A stretch of 64,000 nucleotides of DNA from Octopus bimaculoides (Eukaryota). The stretch spans positions 184,447,677 through 184,511,676 of the forward strand of contig NC_068981.1 in assembly GCF_001194135.2 (NCBI RefSeq). Direction: 5' to 3'. This document shows positions 14,190-60,451 of this stretch, piece after piece (positions within the stretch are counted from its first letter, which is position 1; each line of letters begins with the position of its first letter). The translations under genes and the position numbers were made by a program. The notes beneath the pieces were generated by a model. It had not been told where the DNA came from, ran no database searches, and worked only from the letters and a program-made list of their open reading frames with translations.

Positions 14190-14590
14190 CAGCTGTGTAA
14201 AGAAGTGGTGATCTCTAACTGTGGAAGAGGTAGACCAAAGAAGACATGGAACAAGGTAGTGAAGCATGATCTTCAAACGTTTGGCCTCAAGGAAGCGATG
14301 ACAAGTGACCAAGGCCTTTGGCAAGATGCTGTGCTTGAGAAGACTTGTCAAACCAATTAAAATCATAGTTGTGTGGCTGATGCTGGTGTCATATGACACC
14401 TGTGCTGGCAGCACATAAAAAGACCCATTACACCCGTGTAGTGGTTGGTGTTAGGGAGAGCAGGCATCCAGCTGTAGAAACCATGCTAAGCCAGACTGGA
14501 TTTTGGTGCAGCTCTCCGGTTGACCAGTTCCAGTCAAACCGTCCAACCCATGCCAGCATGGAAAGCAGACATTAAATGATGATAATGAAG
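14190..14590 (+). mobile_element. RTE LINE 3' fragment
   Basis: Decayed GRGRPKKTWNKVVKHDLQ...W followed by the family 3' UTR and gatgat tail. Confidence 0.7.
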
Positions 14591-15049
14591 CTGCTGTTTC
14601 ACACCATTTTCAACCCAACCTTGTCTTTCTACAAAAAAAAAAAAAAAAAAAAAAAAAAGTATTCATTGGAATGAGATGATTTGGTACAGCTGATTGGACA
14701 TTCAGCCCTGTTTTGGTGACTAATTTTTGGTGCTGGAGTAAAACATACAAATATCAGTTGTGTTTTCTATGTTGGCATAAGTTGGATGATTTCACAGGAG
14801 CTGGCAAGGCCAAGAGTCACACTAGGTTCCATTGTCTGTTTGGCATGGTTTATACAGCTGGATTCTGTTCCTAACAGCGACAACTTTACAGAGGGCGACT
14901 GGGTGCTTTTAATGTGGCACCAGCCCCCATATTTTTTTTATGTGGCACCAGTACCGACAGGGTCACCAAGTACTTTGCAGGACAAAAACTCCTCTACTGG
15001 GAGTGGGGAAACATAAACAGATAGAAAGAGTGAAAGAGAGTGTGAGCAA

Positions 15050-17542
15050 GATAATTTATTAATTGAACATGATTGATTAACACTTTACCTCTCATACAGA
15101 GAGAGAGCAGGGGAAGGGAATGAGAGAAACATTAAAAAGAATGTCAGATATCAAATAAGTCAACATCGAAACAGTGATGTCAAAATGTCTCATACCCAAT
15201 ATTCCTCAATTAATTGTATAATCTTTCAAAGTTAAGCGAGAAGCCAAGCTTCAACATTTGCCAAAAGCATTTCAGCTGATGATGAAACCACTAAATGGCC
15301 GTTTGATTTACAATAACCAGCAGCTAAATTTTCTTCAAATAATACCATACCATCTTCAAAAAATGGATTAAATGCAAAATGGTCAAAGTAAATTCTTGAA
15401 TATGTTATACGAAAGATGGGGGAAGGGTTAGGGTTGAATGATGGTTGCATGAGACAGGTTCATCACACACAATTATTTGCTCCCCCCCCNNNNNNNNNNC
15501 AACTCATGGCTACAAAAATGGATCTGAGTGATACCTCTTGGTTTGACTCACTACCTGCATGCCAAAGGACTGCCCTGGAACTACACAACAACAAACTACC
15601 GGAGCTGTGTCAACGAGTGGGTCTCTACACAGTTGCTCAACCTGCTAGAAATAGCAACAAAAAATAAAAACATGTTACTGTTTAAATAACGAAAAGGATG
15701 GACACATTGTAGTTCTTGGTAAAGAATGATGATAGCTCAACAATGATAACTCTAATGAGAACTTTAGATAGATGATGATGATGATGATGGAGAGCTTGTA
15801 TCAAAACTTATAGAAAAGCATGTCTCAAAGTCTCCAATTTCAGGCATAAGAAACATTTATTTTTGTGGTTGGACCACCTTTGGAAGTACATATTACCAGA
15901 ACCTGAGAATTATCTTTCCTACAAAGATTATGGCCAATGTATGTTGTTTATCCCCGTAAACTTGATATTTAATATTTTTGTGACCATATCTCTAATGAAG
16001 TACAATGCCTGTGTTGGAATTAATTATGAAAAATAACCTGGAATTTTGAAGGTTTTAGTAAAATATCTAAATGTTTAAATATATTAAGTTGGTATTTTAG
16101 AACATGACAAAATAAAGAAAGAAAATTCTTACATAAAAATTATGGTGATAGGTCTTGTTATGAAGTGCAGTATCAGGCAGGTTGGTTTGGATAGGATTGA
16201 GAGAGAGAAAGAGAGGTAGAGGAAATAAAATCAATGAAAGAAAACAAAACAAAAGAAAAAAAAAACCCAGTTTATTTATAAAGACATGCATACAGATATT
16301 CCTAGTGAGCATGAATACAGCAATATTGCATGGTGGACATATTTGTCCACCGTGAAACTACACTAAAGCACAGGAGAGAAATAGTTCACTAAAGCACAGC
16401 TAGAGTGACTACTATTAACTAAGGTGTAACATCCAAAGCAGCAGAGGCATCCATATGGTTGTATTATCTGCTCTATGAGCTGCTATAACTATTAAATGGG
16501 ATGGTAAAGGAAAAGACAAGTAATAAAGAATACATAAAGCATTATAAGAGAGAGATAGATGGATAGATAGATAGATAGATAAAAAGAGTAGAGATTTAGA
16601 CAAGAGGGAGAATAAAGCAACAGACAGAAGAAAGAGTGAAGCAATATAGGGGAGATAGACAGACAGATAGATAGATAGATAGAGAGAGAGATGTGTTGAA
16701 GGGATAGTAAGGGAGAAACAACAACAAAAATTTAAAAGCCAAAAATATGCAAAAGAAAAAAAAAGGGTTTCAATGAATGAAAAAAGAGAGAAGGGGGAAA
16801 ATGGAGGAGGGGGAAAGGGATTTGGAAGATTAGTGAAATGAAAATGAACGATTATAATCCAGTGTAAAGTTGTGGATGGGAGAGTGAGGGTGGGGTGGGG
16901 AAGGTGGTTGAGAGAAACAGTTATGTTGTTAGTAATGAGAGTCTGGTAATAGTAACTGTAAATAATAAAGAAATAAAAATAATATAAAAAAAAAGTTTGT
17001 ATATATATATATATACATACACACACAGACAAAAATAGGCGCACAGTTGTGTGCAGCAGCTGGTTTGATATTTAGGGAGAAATAGTCAGCCAAAGGAGGG
17101 ACGAAGGCCAAAATAATGCAGAGAGGTGACATGGCAGAAAGAAAGAAAGAAAAAAAAAACAGAAAAAAAAAAAACAAAACAAAAAACAAGGATGCATTTG
17201 CAGATCCCAGTCCCTAATGGCTAATAAGCCATAACTCTATGAAGAAGAGGCTGGAGGTTGGAATGGCTTCTGCACTATGGTCCAAAGTAAATCAGTAGTG
17301 GTAGTGGTGGTGGTGGTGGTGGTGGTGGTGGTGTGGTGAAATGGAGAAAAAGAATGAAGTTTCCATTGAAATGGTAAAGATCAACTGAGTGATATGCATT
17401 GTGGACACTTGTTTTTTTTTTTTTGGTTATTTTGTGTTTTTTTTTTCTCTTTCAAGACATGGTACTGTAAAATAATGGATCATGTGGTTTATCAGTAGTT
17501 TCGTCCAGTATCTTGATGTACAAAGGTCTTAATATTATTAGT
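15050..17542 (-). other. Probable long 3' UTR of beta-catenin
   Basis: About 2.5 kb after the stop that is nearly free of SINEs and U-rich on the sense strand; AATAAA on the minus strand near 15056, 15856 and 16272. The end point is not determinable. Confidence 0.45.
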
Positions 17543-49405
<31,863 letters not shown>

Positions 49406-51952
49406 CTTTGAAATACACCAGTGGTTCTGAAAGGAAAATAGAGAAGAAAAAAATAAGCATTTTTAATAGGTTTATAATTAACATCATAATATTATAGAGT
49501 GCAAGTACAACAAAAGCTTTTTAACAAAAGGTGTGTACCATAACTGGGTCTACCATAGTTTTTCTTTTTCTTTTTTACATGCTAGAATTGGTTTAGATGT
49601 ATATTTATTTGAGGTATATTTTACAGCCAAATGTCCCTCCTGTTGTCAACTCTTATCTGTTCTGCAAGCAAGATAAATTTTTTTTATATTACAATGGTCT
49701 TCAAAAAATTAAGCCACTATTTGTTTCAGGTAGAAGCCTATGAAATTTCTTAGTAGTTGTTGAGACTTTAGAAATTCTTACAGCCAAAAGACAAAAAGAC
49801 TGGACATTTGAATACAAAAAAAAAAAAAAAATTATAACTATACAGTGAAATCTATGAAAACAGACAGACACGATTTACAATCTGTCTACATTAGATGAAA
49901 GGCAAGTATTGTTTGCATAAAGCCCAGAAATTTGCTTTATTATTAAGAACAAAATTATTTTGAAGTTTAAAAGCAAGATACATATAATACAAGATTACAG
50001 TGGATTAGGATTTGAAGAAGGTATAAACCGAGCAAAGGAATAGTTAGGACTTCTATTTATTTTACTGAGCAGAAAAGAAAGGCTAAATTAATTATGATAA
50101 AGCACCAAACTGAATCAGAAGACTTCTTGCTAGCATTCTAAATAGTGAGGTAAACTATTTTGCTGTTTCATTATCTAAAATTAAGCAGTCTTTCCTAATA
50201 CATCACCGTTACATTATTTTTTCCACCAGTATTCACTCTTGAGAATTTCAAAACTCCACAAATAAGTCTAAAACAAAAATCCCAGGCCATAATGTTCAGT
50301 CAAGAAAGCTTATTGACCCCCCCCCATACCACTTAGACTTTCACAGATTAACACACACACACATCATCATCATTTAATGTCTGTTGTCCATGCTGGCATG
50401 GGCTGGATGGCTTGACCAGGCTGGCACGCTGGAAGGCTGCACCAGACTCCAGTCTGAATTGGCATGGTTTTCTACGGCTGGATGCCCTTCCTAACACCAA
50501 CCACTCCGAAAGTCTAACGAGTGCTTTTATGTGCCACCGACATGGGTGCCATTTGCATGACACCAGGGTGCTTTTATATGCCACCGGAACGGGTGCCAGT
50601 TGCATGATAAGCATGCAGGTCATGTTCTAGTTCTTTGAAATACTAACTAGTCACAGAATGAAATGGGGTTACCATTATTCTTATGGTACATAGAAACATG
50701 TGAGAAATGACCAAACACTTGAGATCAGTTCAGGCTTCCCTCCTATGTGACTTTTATAGCTAATAAGTTATCATCATTTAATGTCCACTTTTCCATGCTC
50801 GCATTGGCTGGACAGAATTTGTTGAGGCAGATTTTCTATGGTTGGATGACGTTACTGTTGTCGGTCCTCACCTGTTTCCAAGTAAGATGTGGAAGACTGG
50901 AAGCGTACTTACATTGCTTGTGTGAAGCTGATGCACATTTGCAACCATCATGTGATGTCTAAACAAAGGCGCATGCATGCACGCACACACACACACACAC
51001 ACACTATACAACAGGTTTCTTTCACTTTCTGTTTATCAAATCCACTCAGAAGGCTTTGGTCAGCCTAGGGCTATAGCAAAAGACACTTGCCCAAAGTGCT
51101 ATGCTTGCACTTAGTGGTGGAGAATTCGCTACTGTACAACTTACACCTGATAAAGAGTATATTTGCTATGCAACCGACTGAAAAAGGCTGGAATTGTATA
51201 ACACTTATGTTGTTTAAGAGAGGCTGAGAGAGTGACTAATTTGAAGGAGTTTAATAATAACTCGTAACTTGTTTATTTATTGGATCTTTTAATTTGATGC
51301 TTTGGAAAGTTTGAATACATAAAGGTTCTTCGATAAAAGAGAATTTCTACCTATGCATTGCTTTATCTGCCTTAATCCTTCAGGTTCACCATATGGGAGC
51401 TTATCAGGATTTTTCAAAAGGTTTAGGGCTGAGAGTACAAGACTAAACAGGATATCTGTTTGTTGCAGGATTAACTCAAGTGCCATTGGTACTCATTATC
51501 TGCATAAGTGTACTATGGCATCCTCCAGTCAGAGAATTGAACCTGTGATCTTAATAATTGTGAGTTCAATCCTAAGCACTAGGTCAATCATCTTCACATA
51601 GTGCATTATACTTTATTATATGAGATTTCAGCCTAAATAAGGACACTTAAAAATACAATTGGTTTTGAGTGGTTTGGTAAAATGAGACCAAGAAGAGCGT
51701 TAGGCTGGTTAGAATGGGATGGGTAATTAAAGCAGAAAAAAAATATTAATATGGTTCAAAAATATACAAAAATCAGAGACAGGTGAAAGAACAGGAAATG
51801 GGGTGTATCAGTTTGATGCTGAAAAACAAAAATCTTTGAATGTTTTGATCCTATGCTCTTCTACAGAGAAAAAAAATATGAGGAGAGAAAACAGATGGAG
51901 AGAGAAAAAAAAAAAGGTGTCTGAATTAACAGTGCTTCATGTTTGGATAATA

Positions 51953-53231
51953 TTGGGTCATCCCATAAATAAAGCAGTTTTTTCAATTGCATGAACTAAA
52001 AGTTGGAGGGGGACGGGATAAACTACCAGCATCAACTTGCTATAAAAGCAGGTAGTAATTTTACCTTGTCTTTATTCTTAGTGCAAGTTTTGAAGAGTGC
52101 AGTTCGATTTTAACAGTTATTTTTTCAAAGCTATAATGGAAGTAACAAAGGAGCATATTCGGCATATTTTGCTTTACAAGTTCAATAAAGGCAACAACGC
52201 AATGGAAAGTGTGAGGAATATTAACGCAGTATATGGGGATTGGACAATAAGTCAGTGTCAATGGTGGTTCCAGAAATTCTGGTGGTCCCGGAAACTACGG
52301 CCTAGAAGACGAGCCTTGTCCTGGAAGATCTGTAGAACTCGATGTGGATGTCCTGCAAACCCTGGTGGAACGAAATCCCATCGTAACTGTTGAGGAACTA
52401 GCAGAGAAGCTTAGATCTGGTCATTCAACCATTCATTGACACCTGCATGCCATCGGAAAAGTCAGCAAATAGGGCCAATGGGTTCCTCAAACTTTCCGAG
52501 TCTAATCACAAGTAGAATAAATGTATGCTTTTCTTTGCTGTCGCGTCTCATGAATGAACCTTTTTTTGGATTGAATAGTGGCTGGTGATGAGAAATGGGT
52601 TCTCTATAAAACTGTCAAGTGCCAAAGATAGTGGGTGGGGGAAGGAGAATCACTGGCACCCCAGGCTAAGAAGGTCTTCACCCATGTAAGGTGTTGGTAT
52701 CTGTTTTGTGGAATATGAAAGGTGTAGTCCACTTTGATCTTTTAAACCCGAACCAAATGATAAAGGAGATCTACTGTGAGCAGCCTGAGTGGCTTAAATC
52801 AGTGCCAGAAGAAAAATTACTATCTTTGGCTTCAAGACGAAAGGTGTTCTTCCGTCAGGATAATGCTCAGCCACATACAGTGAGAATGACATTCCAAAGG
52901 CTGCAGCAGTTTGAATGGGAACCAATGTCCCACCCACCATATTCGCTGGACATTGTCCCATCTGATTATCATTTATTCTGCAGTCTTCAAAATCATTTGG
53001 ACAGAAAAAATATAAATTCTGTAGACAAGATCAGAACAGTACTTGGAGGAGTATTTTTCATCATGGACAAGTGAATTTTGGAAGAGGGGCCTTGCAAGTC
53101 TACCAGATAACTGGAAGAGCATTGTAGAAAATGAAGGAGAGTATATTTTAGATTAAAAAAGAACATTGTTTATCTTAATTCTGAAAAATGAAAGAAGTAT
53201 AAAAAACCGCATTATTTATGGGACGACCCAA
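51953..53231 (+). mobile_element. Full-length (1279 bp) mariner (DD34D) transposon, inactive
   Basis: 31-bp TIRs ttgggtc(a/g)tcccataaata...gtttttt (28/31 match), TA TSDs at 51951-52 and 53232-33. Confidence 0.93.
52136..53156 (+). pseudogene. Mariner transposase pseudogene
   Basis: MEVTKEHIRHILLY..., GDEKW, QDNAQPH, HPPYSLDIVPSDYHLF, ENEGEYILD*; multiple frameshifts and stops. Confidence 0.9.
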
Positions 53232-54304
53232 TATAATGGAGTTTTAACAGTCACATTAAATGAAGTCAAATTTTCACGAGGCAATTAATTCTCTTTCATT
53301 AACTGAAGATTATTAAGGTAAAATTCACAAAATACTTTCCAAAAAAGTTGGAAAATGCACCATTGATATAAACTGCAAAACCTCATGTTAGAAATATAAA
53401 CATGCATTTATAGCATGTTTATAGCAGCATTTCTTGAACACTAAACAGTGGTGTTCAGTGTCAAGTAAAACTATTGTGAACCAAAGAAATTGAAATAATA
53501 ATTTTTTTCCTTTACTGTTTTAATTCACATTGGGGTATCATCACCTTTGTTGCAGTTGATTATACCTGCCCCTGTACTTTGGTATTTATTTTTATTAAAA
53601 TATAAATAAGCACCTGATAAGTATTTTCATCTTGGAGGATAAGAGGCCAAGTCAACAGCGTAAAAGGAGGTAAAGCTAAATGGATCATAATGCCACAAAG
53701 ATATTTTCATTTGAAGCATCAACATCCCATGGCACTAACACACACACACACACATCTGACACTTCCACCCCAGAAAAGGATGAAAGGCGATGTCAACTGA
53801 GGCAAGCTAGATGGATTGTAATACCACAGTTGATGCTTCAACATCCCATGCCAATAATAGAAACACAGTTATACACACACGCATCTCTCACAGGCCTTTG
53901 CAAAAACTTATGTGCACCGAATATCACTTAGCCAAGGTGATGGCATAGTATTGAACTGGGACCACATAGTTAAAAACTTAATTACATCTATGCCTGCACG
54001 CGTTATATTCTATATTCTCAAGCAATTTGAGAAAGTAACCCTCCCCTTAAAGTTTGTTTCAAACCTGCCTGTTTACAGACAAATGTTGAAAACATAATTA
54101 ATCAATGTGAACAAATAAAAAACAAGCATGAAAGTTGATAAAAGGTGTTCATTCTTAAGAATGAAGACGAAAATAAAAACAAAAAATAAACCTCTTAGAA
54201 TTATTAACGAAAAGAAGTAAAATAAATAAATGAACAGTAATACATCAAAAGTCATTTGTGAAGGTTGCTTTCTCTTGAAATGTTAATAAAAGTGTAAAAA
54301 AAAG

Positions 54305-54358
<54 letters not shown>

Positions 54359-55635
54359 AATGTATGTTTTGATTGCTAACAATTCCACTACAGCAATAGA
54401 GAGAGAGAGAGCTAACTAAAGTTAAAGCAAGCCATCTTAAAAGAAAATTACATGCACTACTGCAGTGATGATTACCACCCAGAGAAACCAAATGTAAAGA
54501 GGTGGTGGGGCTTACAGAGGAAGCCACTAACATCAAAAGAACAGAAAATGAAGCTTTTTAAAATAAGTTCTACTTTATATTTATTGAGGATGGATTGAAG
54601 TGTTGATAACATGTTAACTTAAAAAAAAAAAGAAAGAAACTAATCTTAATTGTAAAACATGCAAATTGGAGATATAAAAATCCTTTCAGCTTTCTTTATC
54701 ACATACACACAGTTTGAAATGAAAAGAACTCTAAATCATAAAAACATTAACCTAATATAACTAATTAAAAAAAGAAGAAACCCTTGTAGTTATTCTTTAA
54801 ATTAGTAAAGTTACTTCTAACAGGGTGTTCTAAGAACCTGGCAATACCCAGCCCTTCCTGGTAAGCTTGTCAAAATAGATATAAATCTTTCCCAAAGAAA
54901 CAAAGTAAGATTTCTATTCAAAATGTTGCTAATCTTGAATCAAGTTTATAGTTTCTGTATTAAATAAAAATAAAAAAATTGTGTACATTTCGAACTGAAT
55001 TAATTCAAATGTCAAAGTAAACTGTTGTTTCATATTTCTGGTTATTCATAAAGGGATCATAAGGACAATATTATGTCTTTGATAGGGCAACAATAGGTAT
55101 CCGATTGAAGAATTAAGTGAAATAAAATGCAAGCAATTTGAAATTAGAACTGAATTGTAAGGTTATTTTCCAAATAAATATGAATGACAAGTAGTTGTCC
55201 CCCCAAACACTGGTTGCTTCACTTTGCTTCTTTTACTGCCAACTACAATGGTTTTCCACTTCTCAGAGCTGGCTGGTCTCCTGCTGCATCCTCTACAAAT
55301 GTTCACCTAACACACTTGTCTCATCATCCATGCTAAATCTACTCCATCCAACTACCAACCTGCTCTAATAACTATTCCCAATATGTCAACTCTGCAATTC
55401 CTTCCTGCTACTGTTCAAGGTGAACATGACCATATCTACTTTGTTGATCTTAGAAAGGTCTGCGAAAGCGATGGATGCAGCCTCTTTCACCAGGCCATTA
55501 AAAAAAAAAATTCTTTTTTATTAGAATCCCAACATTTTTATGTATTGTATACAATAAAGAGGTAAAAATGTTTTTGCTCTACTCAGTGACAATCACCGAA
55601 AACCTAAAATACATTACCACGCATTAGACTGAAGT

Positions 55636-55827
55636 ACCATATTTGATGGCATGAAAGACGCACAGGCATATTAGACGCACCTTAATTTCAGCAGTGTATA
55701 TTCAGGGAAAAAGTTTTCATAAATCGAAGTTTATGGGAGGCCCAATTACGCACACAGAATCCGGAGTAATTTTCGAGACATTTAAAAAAGAAAAAAAAAG
55801 TGCATCTTATGTGCCATCAAATACAGT
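55636..55827. mobile_element. pogo/Tigger-like MITE
   Basis: TIR accatatttgatggcatgaaagacgcac / gtgcatcttatgtgccatcaaatacagt. Confidence 0.55.
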
Positions 55828-56303
55828 TCGGCCAAAGTATTGCTGTATCTTTAACTAAGAATTTGAATTAAATATAGATTTATGGTGAAAGACAATATAA
55901 GAAAGTAGCATCATTAACAGAAAACTGATACAAACATGAACAATATTTCAATTTTGAGTATTTGTTTCTCCAGCAGTTCCACCCAGCTCTTAGTTGAGTT
56001 TTTTTTTTATATTCCTCAACTAGAACGTTTTGCTGGATGTGTAATGTCAGTGCGCATGAACAAAGGCGCACAACTGTGCTGAGAGAATAACTTGGCATAT
56101 ATGATGAGGAGTATGAAGAAATGATAATTGGGTGTAAAAGTCTCAAACTATGCAAGAAGCCTGCAGAATAGGAAGACTGAAGACGACACGGGAAGAAATT
56201 GCGACTCTCAAAGAACTGCGAGAGAGATTGTGTTGAAATTAACCTATCCACACATGGAAAAGTGGACATAAATGAAAATCTGTACAAATTCTTGAAATCT
56301 TAC

Positions 56304-56341
56304 ACAGAGTGATAGAGACGAAGAGAACGAATTTCAACTGA
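56304..56341 (-). promoter_or_regulatory. Candidate TSS / short non-coding first exon of beta-catenin
   Basis: Inr-like TCAGTT (56341-56336) followed by a |gtaaga donor at 56303, at the edge of a CpG-retaining zone; no transcript evidence. Confidence 0.2.
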
Positions 56342-57061
56342 AGGATAACGCATTTTTCTATTAAATCACCGAGATAGACGTAACATATTAAAACTTTAAA
56401 TAAGAATTACTTTCATCTTTGAAAGTACATAGCAATGAGAAATCGACATTTTAATAGAGTAGATGACAGCTGAAAAATTACTAATAAATTTAACACGAAG
56501 CTCGTTAATGGAAATGCAGCGATTCTTTCTGCAGAAAGAAAAAAAATTCCTCTATGGTATCAGGCTACTAAATACTAAATTTGTGCGATTCCATATATAC
56601 ACATACATACGTGTGTGCATGCGTACTTAATGTTTGTTTTTATGTCAAGTTTATAAGCCTTTCTATTAAAGGCACAAAGCCTGAAATTTGGTGGGAGCGG
56701 ACAAACCGATTACATTGATCCCAGTGTTTCCATTAGTACTTAATTTATCAACCCTGAAAGGATGAAAGGCAAAGTCGACCTTGGTGGAATTTGAACTCAA
56801 AATGTAATGATGGGTGAAATACCGCCGAGGATTTCGCTCAGCGAGCTAACGATTCCGCCAGCTCTCTGCCTTATGTCAAGTTATATAACAAAAACAATTT
56901 CACATTAAACTGAAAGGATTATTTAATACCCTTTGAAGAGTATATATTTATTCTTTTTGACAGTGACTTTGAAGTTTTGACCTGCTTTGTATTCAATCAG
57001 ACAGTCTCATGAAGACTAAGCAGGCCAAAACTTCAGTCATTACAAAACTATCTTTGTTAAA

Positions 57062-57064
<3 letters not shown>

Positions 57065-57104
<40 letters not shown>

Positions 57105-57366
57105 NNNNNNNNNNNNNNNNNNNNNNNNNNNNNNNNNNNNNNNNNNNNNNNNNNNNNNNNNNNNNNNNNNNNNNNNNNNNNNNNNNNNNNNNNNNNNNNN
57201 NNNNNNNNNNNNNNNNNNNNNNNNNNNNNNNNNNNNNNNNNNNNNNNNNNNNNNNNNNNNNNNNNNNNNNNNNNNNNNNNNNNNNNNNNNNNNNNNNNNN
57301 NNNNNNNNNNNNNNNNNNNNNNNNNNNNNNNNNNNNNNNNNNNNNNNNNNNNNNNNNNNNNNNNNN

Positions 57367-57410
<44 letters not shown>
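57065..57410. repeat. (TA)n microsatellite spanning a gap; others: (GAT)n-like 5270-5420, (GGT)n 17295-17335, (TG)n 33964-34016, (GA)n 54308-54355 and 61597-61770
   Basis: Directly visible. Confidence 0.95.
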
Positions 57411-57421
<11 letters not shown>

Positions 57422-58397
57422 TATATATAAAATACTCCCAAACTCTAGAAATGTAACTAATTACCTTTAGCATTCTGATTATCAGATGTAATGTTTATTT
57501 ATTCATGTTGTTTTGAATTACTCATGCGTTATATCGTAGCTTTGTGATTTTGATGAGGTGATTGTTTACTATTAGAATAACATTGTCGTATAGGTGTGAG
57601 AGGCCAGATATGGCCAGTTTTAACAATAAAAAAAAGGTAGAATAGTTGAGCCCGATATGGGTGTGAAAGAATAAAAATTTTAACTTGGACACTTATTTTT
57701 TAAGATCAGTCTATATCTAGCAGCAGACACTTATGTCAGGTCCATCAAGCTTACCCTCGAGACTAATTCAAGCATGGAGTACAAATAGGTGGCTTTTAAT
57801 TTTATGAGAACTACAGAATTTCTGTAGCAGAGCAGATATGGTAAAGAACTACTTTTTAGTAGTAGTATTATTTAGAAGGCCAGCCACTTTATATAAAATT
57901 ACTGTTGATTAGATCTAGTTTAGTCCACTCACACAACTAACCTTCAAGACTCAGTGTAAATATTCTATTTCATAAAGGTCAGAGCAAACAAGGTGGTTCA
58001 GCTGAATCAACGCACGGGCTAGATTAGTGCTTGTTCCTTCCCTTTGATAAATTTCTATTAGGTCAACTTTATTTTGGGAGGTGAGAATGTAGTAGTTCAA
58101 TAAGACAGCAGTCTTTATAAGATTAATGGCCATGTGTATGAATAAAATTAAACAGTCACACAGTAGGAGTGGTCTCTGTTTCTTAGCTGTGCAAAAAGAA
58201 TTACACTATTTTATGTACAAGTTTTATTTAGTATGATAATAAAGGAAATACAAAATTTCATGAGATCTCTAGTAAAAAAAATCACGACCTCAACTCATTG
58301 TGACCCCACCAGATCTGAATGGAGGATGGCATGGATAAGGGAGATGAGCGAATCTGGATTTGTGTCCTGCAGGAAAACTTGGTATGAAAAGTAATTA

Positions 58398-58562
58398 TAG
58401 GCGCAGGAGTGGCTGTGTGGTAAGTAGCTTGCTTACCAACCACATGGTTATGGGTTCAGTCCAACTGCGTGGCACCTTGGGCAAGTGTCTTCTACTATAG
58501 TCTCGGGCCGACCAAAGCCTTGTGAGTGGATTTGGTAGACGGAAACTGAAAAGAAGCCCGTC

Positions 58563-58606
<44 letters not shown>

Positions 58607-58805
58607 TTGTGTTTGTCCCCCCATCATCACTTGACAACCGATGGTGGTGTGTTTACGTCCCTGTAACTTAGCAGTTCGGCAAAAGTGATCGATAGAATAA
58701 GTACTAGGCTTACAAAGAATAAGTCCTGGGGTCGATTTGCTCGACTAAAGGCGGTGCTCTAGCATGGCCGCAGTCAAATGATTGAAACAAGTAAAAGAGT
58801 ATAGA
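58398..58805 (+). mobile_element. SINE family B with internal (TA)n/(CA)n tract (copies ~11030-11405, 12000-12340, 30325-30705, 40995-41360, 44144-44525, 44905-45300, 5900-6220, 6400-6680)
   Basis: Shared gcaggagtggctgtgtggtaag...ccttgggcaagtgtcttc...(aaagagt)n consensus. Confidence 0.88.
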
Positions 58806-59291
58806 GAAAATGTGCTTGGAGTGAAAAGATTATGTAATTGTTAGGACAAGTGTATTTATAAGCAACAGGTGAAGGGATTTACAGTAAGAGGACAAACTTT
58901 ATCCAAAACATCCTTTACTAAGAATATAGAGTATGGTTTGAGGGAGATGAAACTACTATGTAGAAGTTATCTCGCTGATTCACTTGGGTATATGTGCCTG
59001 AAGAAAGGACATATCTCAGGTGAAAAAGTACATTGATTTTACAGTAAAAAAAAAAATTGGAGTCAAATACTATGAAATTTACGGAATACATTAGGGAACA
59101 TGGTGAATGCTCTAACTGATGGAAGTGAATAGAATATTGGACTTAATAGGGTGAAAGAGAAATGGTGAACTGCATTATGTTTGTATATAGAACTAGGAGA
59201 GGTTATTGACAAAACGAGACTATCTATCTAAGCATCAGTTTAATGTGCACTTTTCCATGCTTGCAAGGACTGGAGGGATTTAATTGAGGAC

Positions 59292-59400
59292 GATTTGATA
59301 AAATTTCAGATTAATACCTGCACGATTACCTAACCCTAACCCTAAAACACTAACACCCTAATGAAAATCGTGCGGGTGTTAATCTAAAAATTTACCGGCG
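59292..59400. mobile_element. Small foldback with (TAACCC)n core inserted in an RTE-tail repeat
   Basis: aaatttcagattaatacctgcacgatt / aatcgtgcgggtgttaatctaaaaattt flanking cctaaccctaaccctaa. Confidence 0.65.
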
Positions 59401-59726
59401 ATTTTCTACAGCTGAATGCTCTTCCTGTCGCCAACCCTTACCTGTTTCCAAGCAAGGTAATATTTCCCCATGGCCAGACATGTTTCTGCAAAGTACTGGA
59501 AATGAATGACACTGCTTATATGACAGAGATATGCATTACATCTATCATACAACGTCAACACAACACAGTCTGTTTACCAAATCCATCCACAAGGCTTTGG
59601 TTGGCTCAGGGCTACAATAGAAAGCACTTGCCCAAGGTACCATACAATGGGGCTGAACCAGAAACCATGTGGTTGGGAAGCAAATTTCTTAACCATACAA
59701 CAACCTTTCACATGATGATATATATA

Positions 59727-59853
59727 CAGGGCGTCCACAAACTCTGGGTACATAGGGATTAACACATACTTTAAGAAATTATTATTTCTTATATTTAATT
59801 GTTTATGTTATGATTTTATTTACTCCATGTACCCAGACCTTGTGGACACCCTG
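59727..59853. mobile_element. Tc1/mariner-type MITE
   Basis: TA + cagggcgtccacaaactctgggtacat ... atgtacccagaccttgtggacaccctg + TA. Confidence 0.8.
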
Positions 59854-60416
59854 TATATTTCACATGATACTTTGACAAGTATAATTATGTGTGTGTGTGT
59901 ATTATGTGAAAGGTTTGGTTTAACACTGCATACCACAACTTTCACAAAAAAAAAAAATGTGCAAGAAAGTATTTTACGACTATTTATATAACCAGGCTTG
60001 GTCAAACTGAATTTGATTCCTCATTATAGATTTAGTGAAATTTCGATCTTATAAAGCATGAAGAAAGATCCATTCTAGATGAAATCATATAAACTTCAGA
60101 AAATAAAACTTATGTACCATCATTTACACCGTTGGCATCTATCATAAAGTTTGTTTCGGGGTCTACGGCCATGCTAGGGCACTACTTTGAAGGGTTTAAA
60201 GCCTCGTACTTACTGTATCGGTCTCCTTTGCTGAAGCTCTAAGTTATGGGAAAGTAAAAACAAGCAACATCAGTTGCCGAGTGGTGGTGGACAACCGCCT
60301 AAAATACAGAGGAATTTTTTCAGTTTCGATCTGGTAAATCCACTCACAAAGCTTTGGTTGGCCAGGGGCTATAGTAGGAGGCACTTGTCCAAGGTATTAG
60401 GTTCGAAAATATTTAA

Positions 60417-60451
<35 letters not shown>

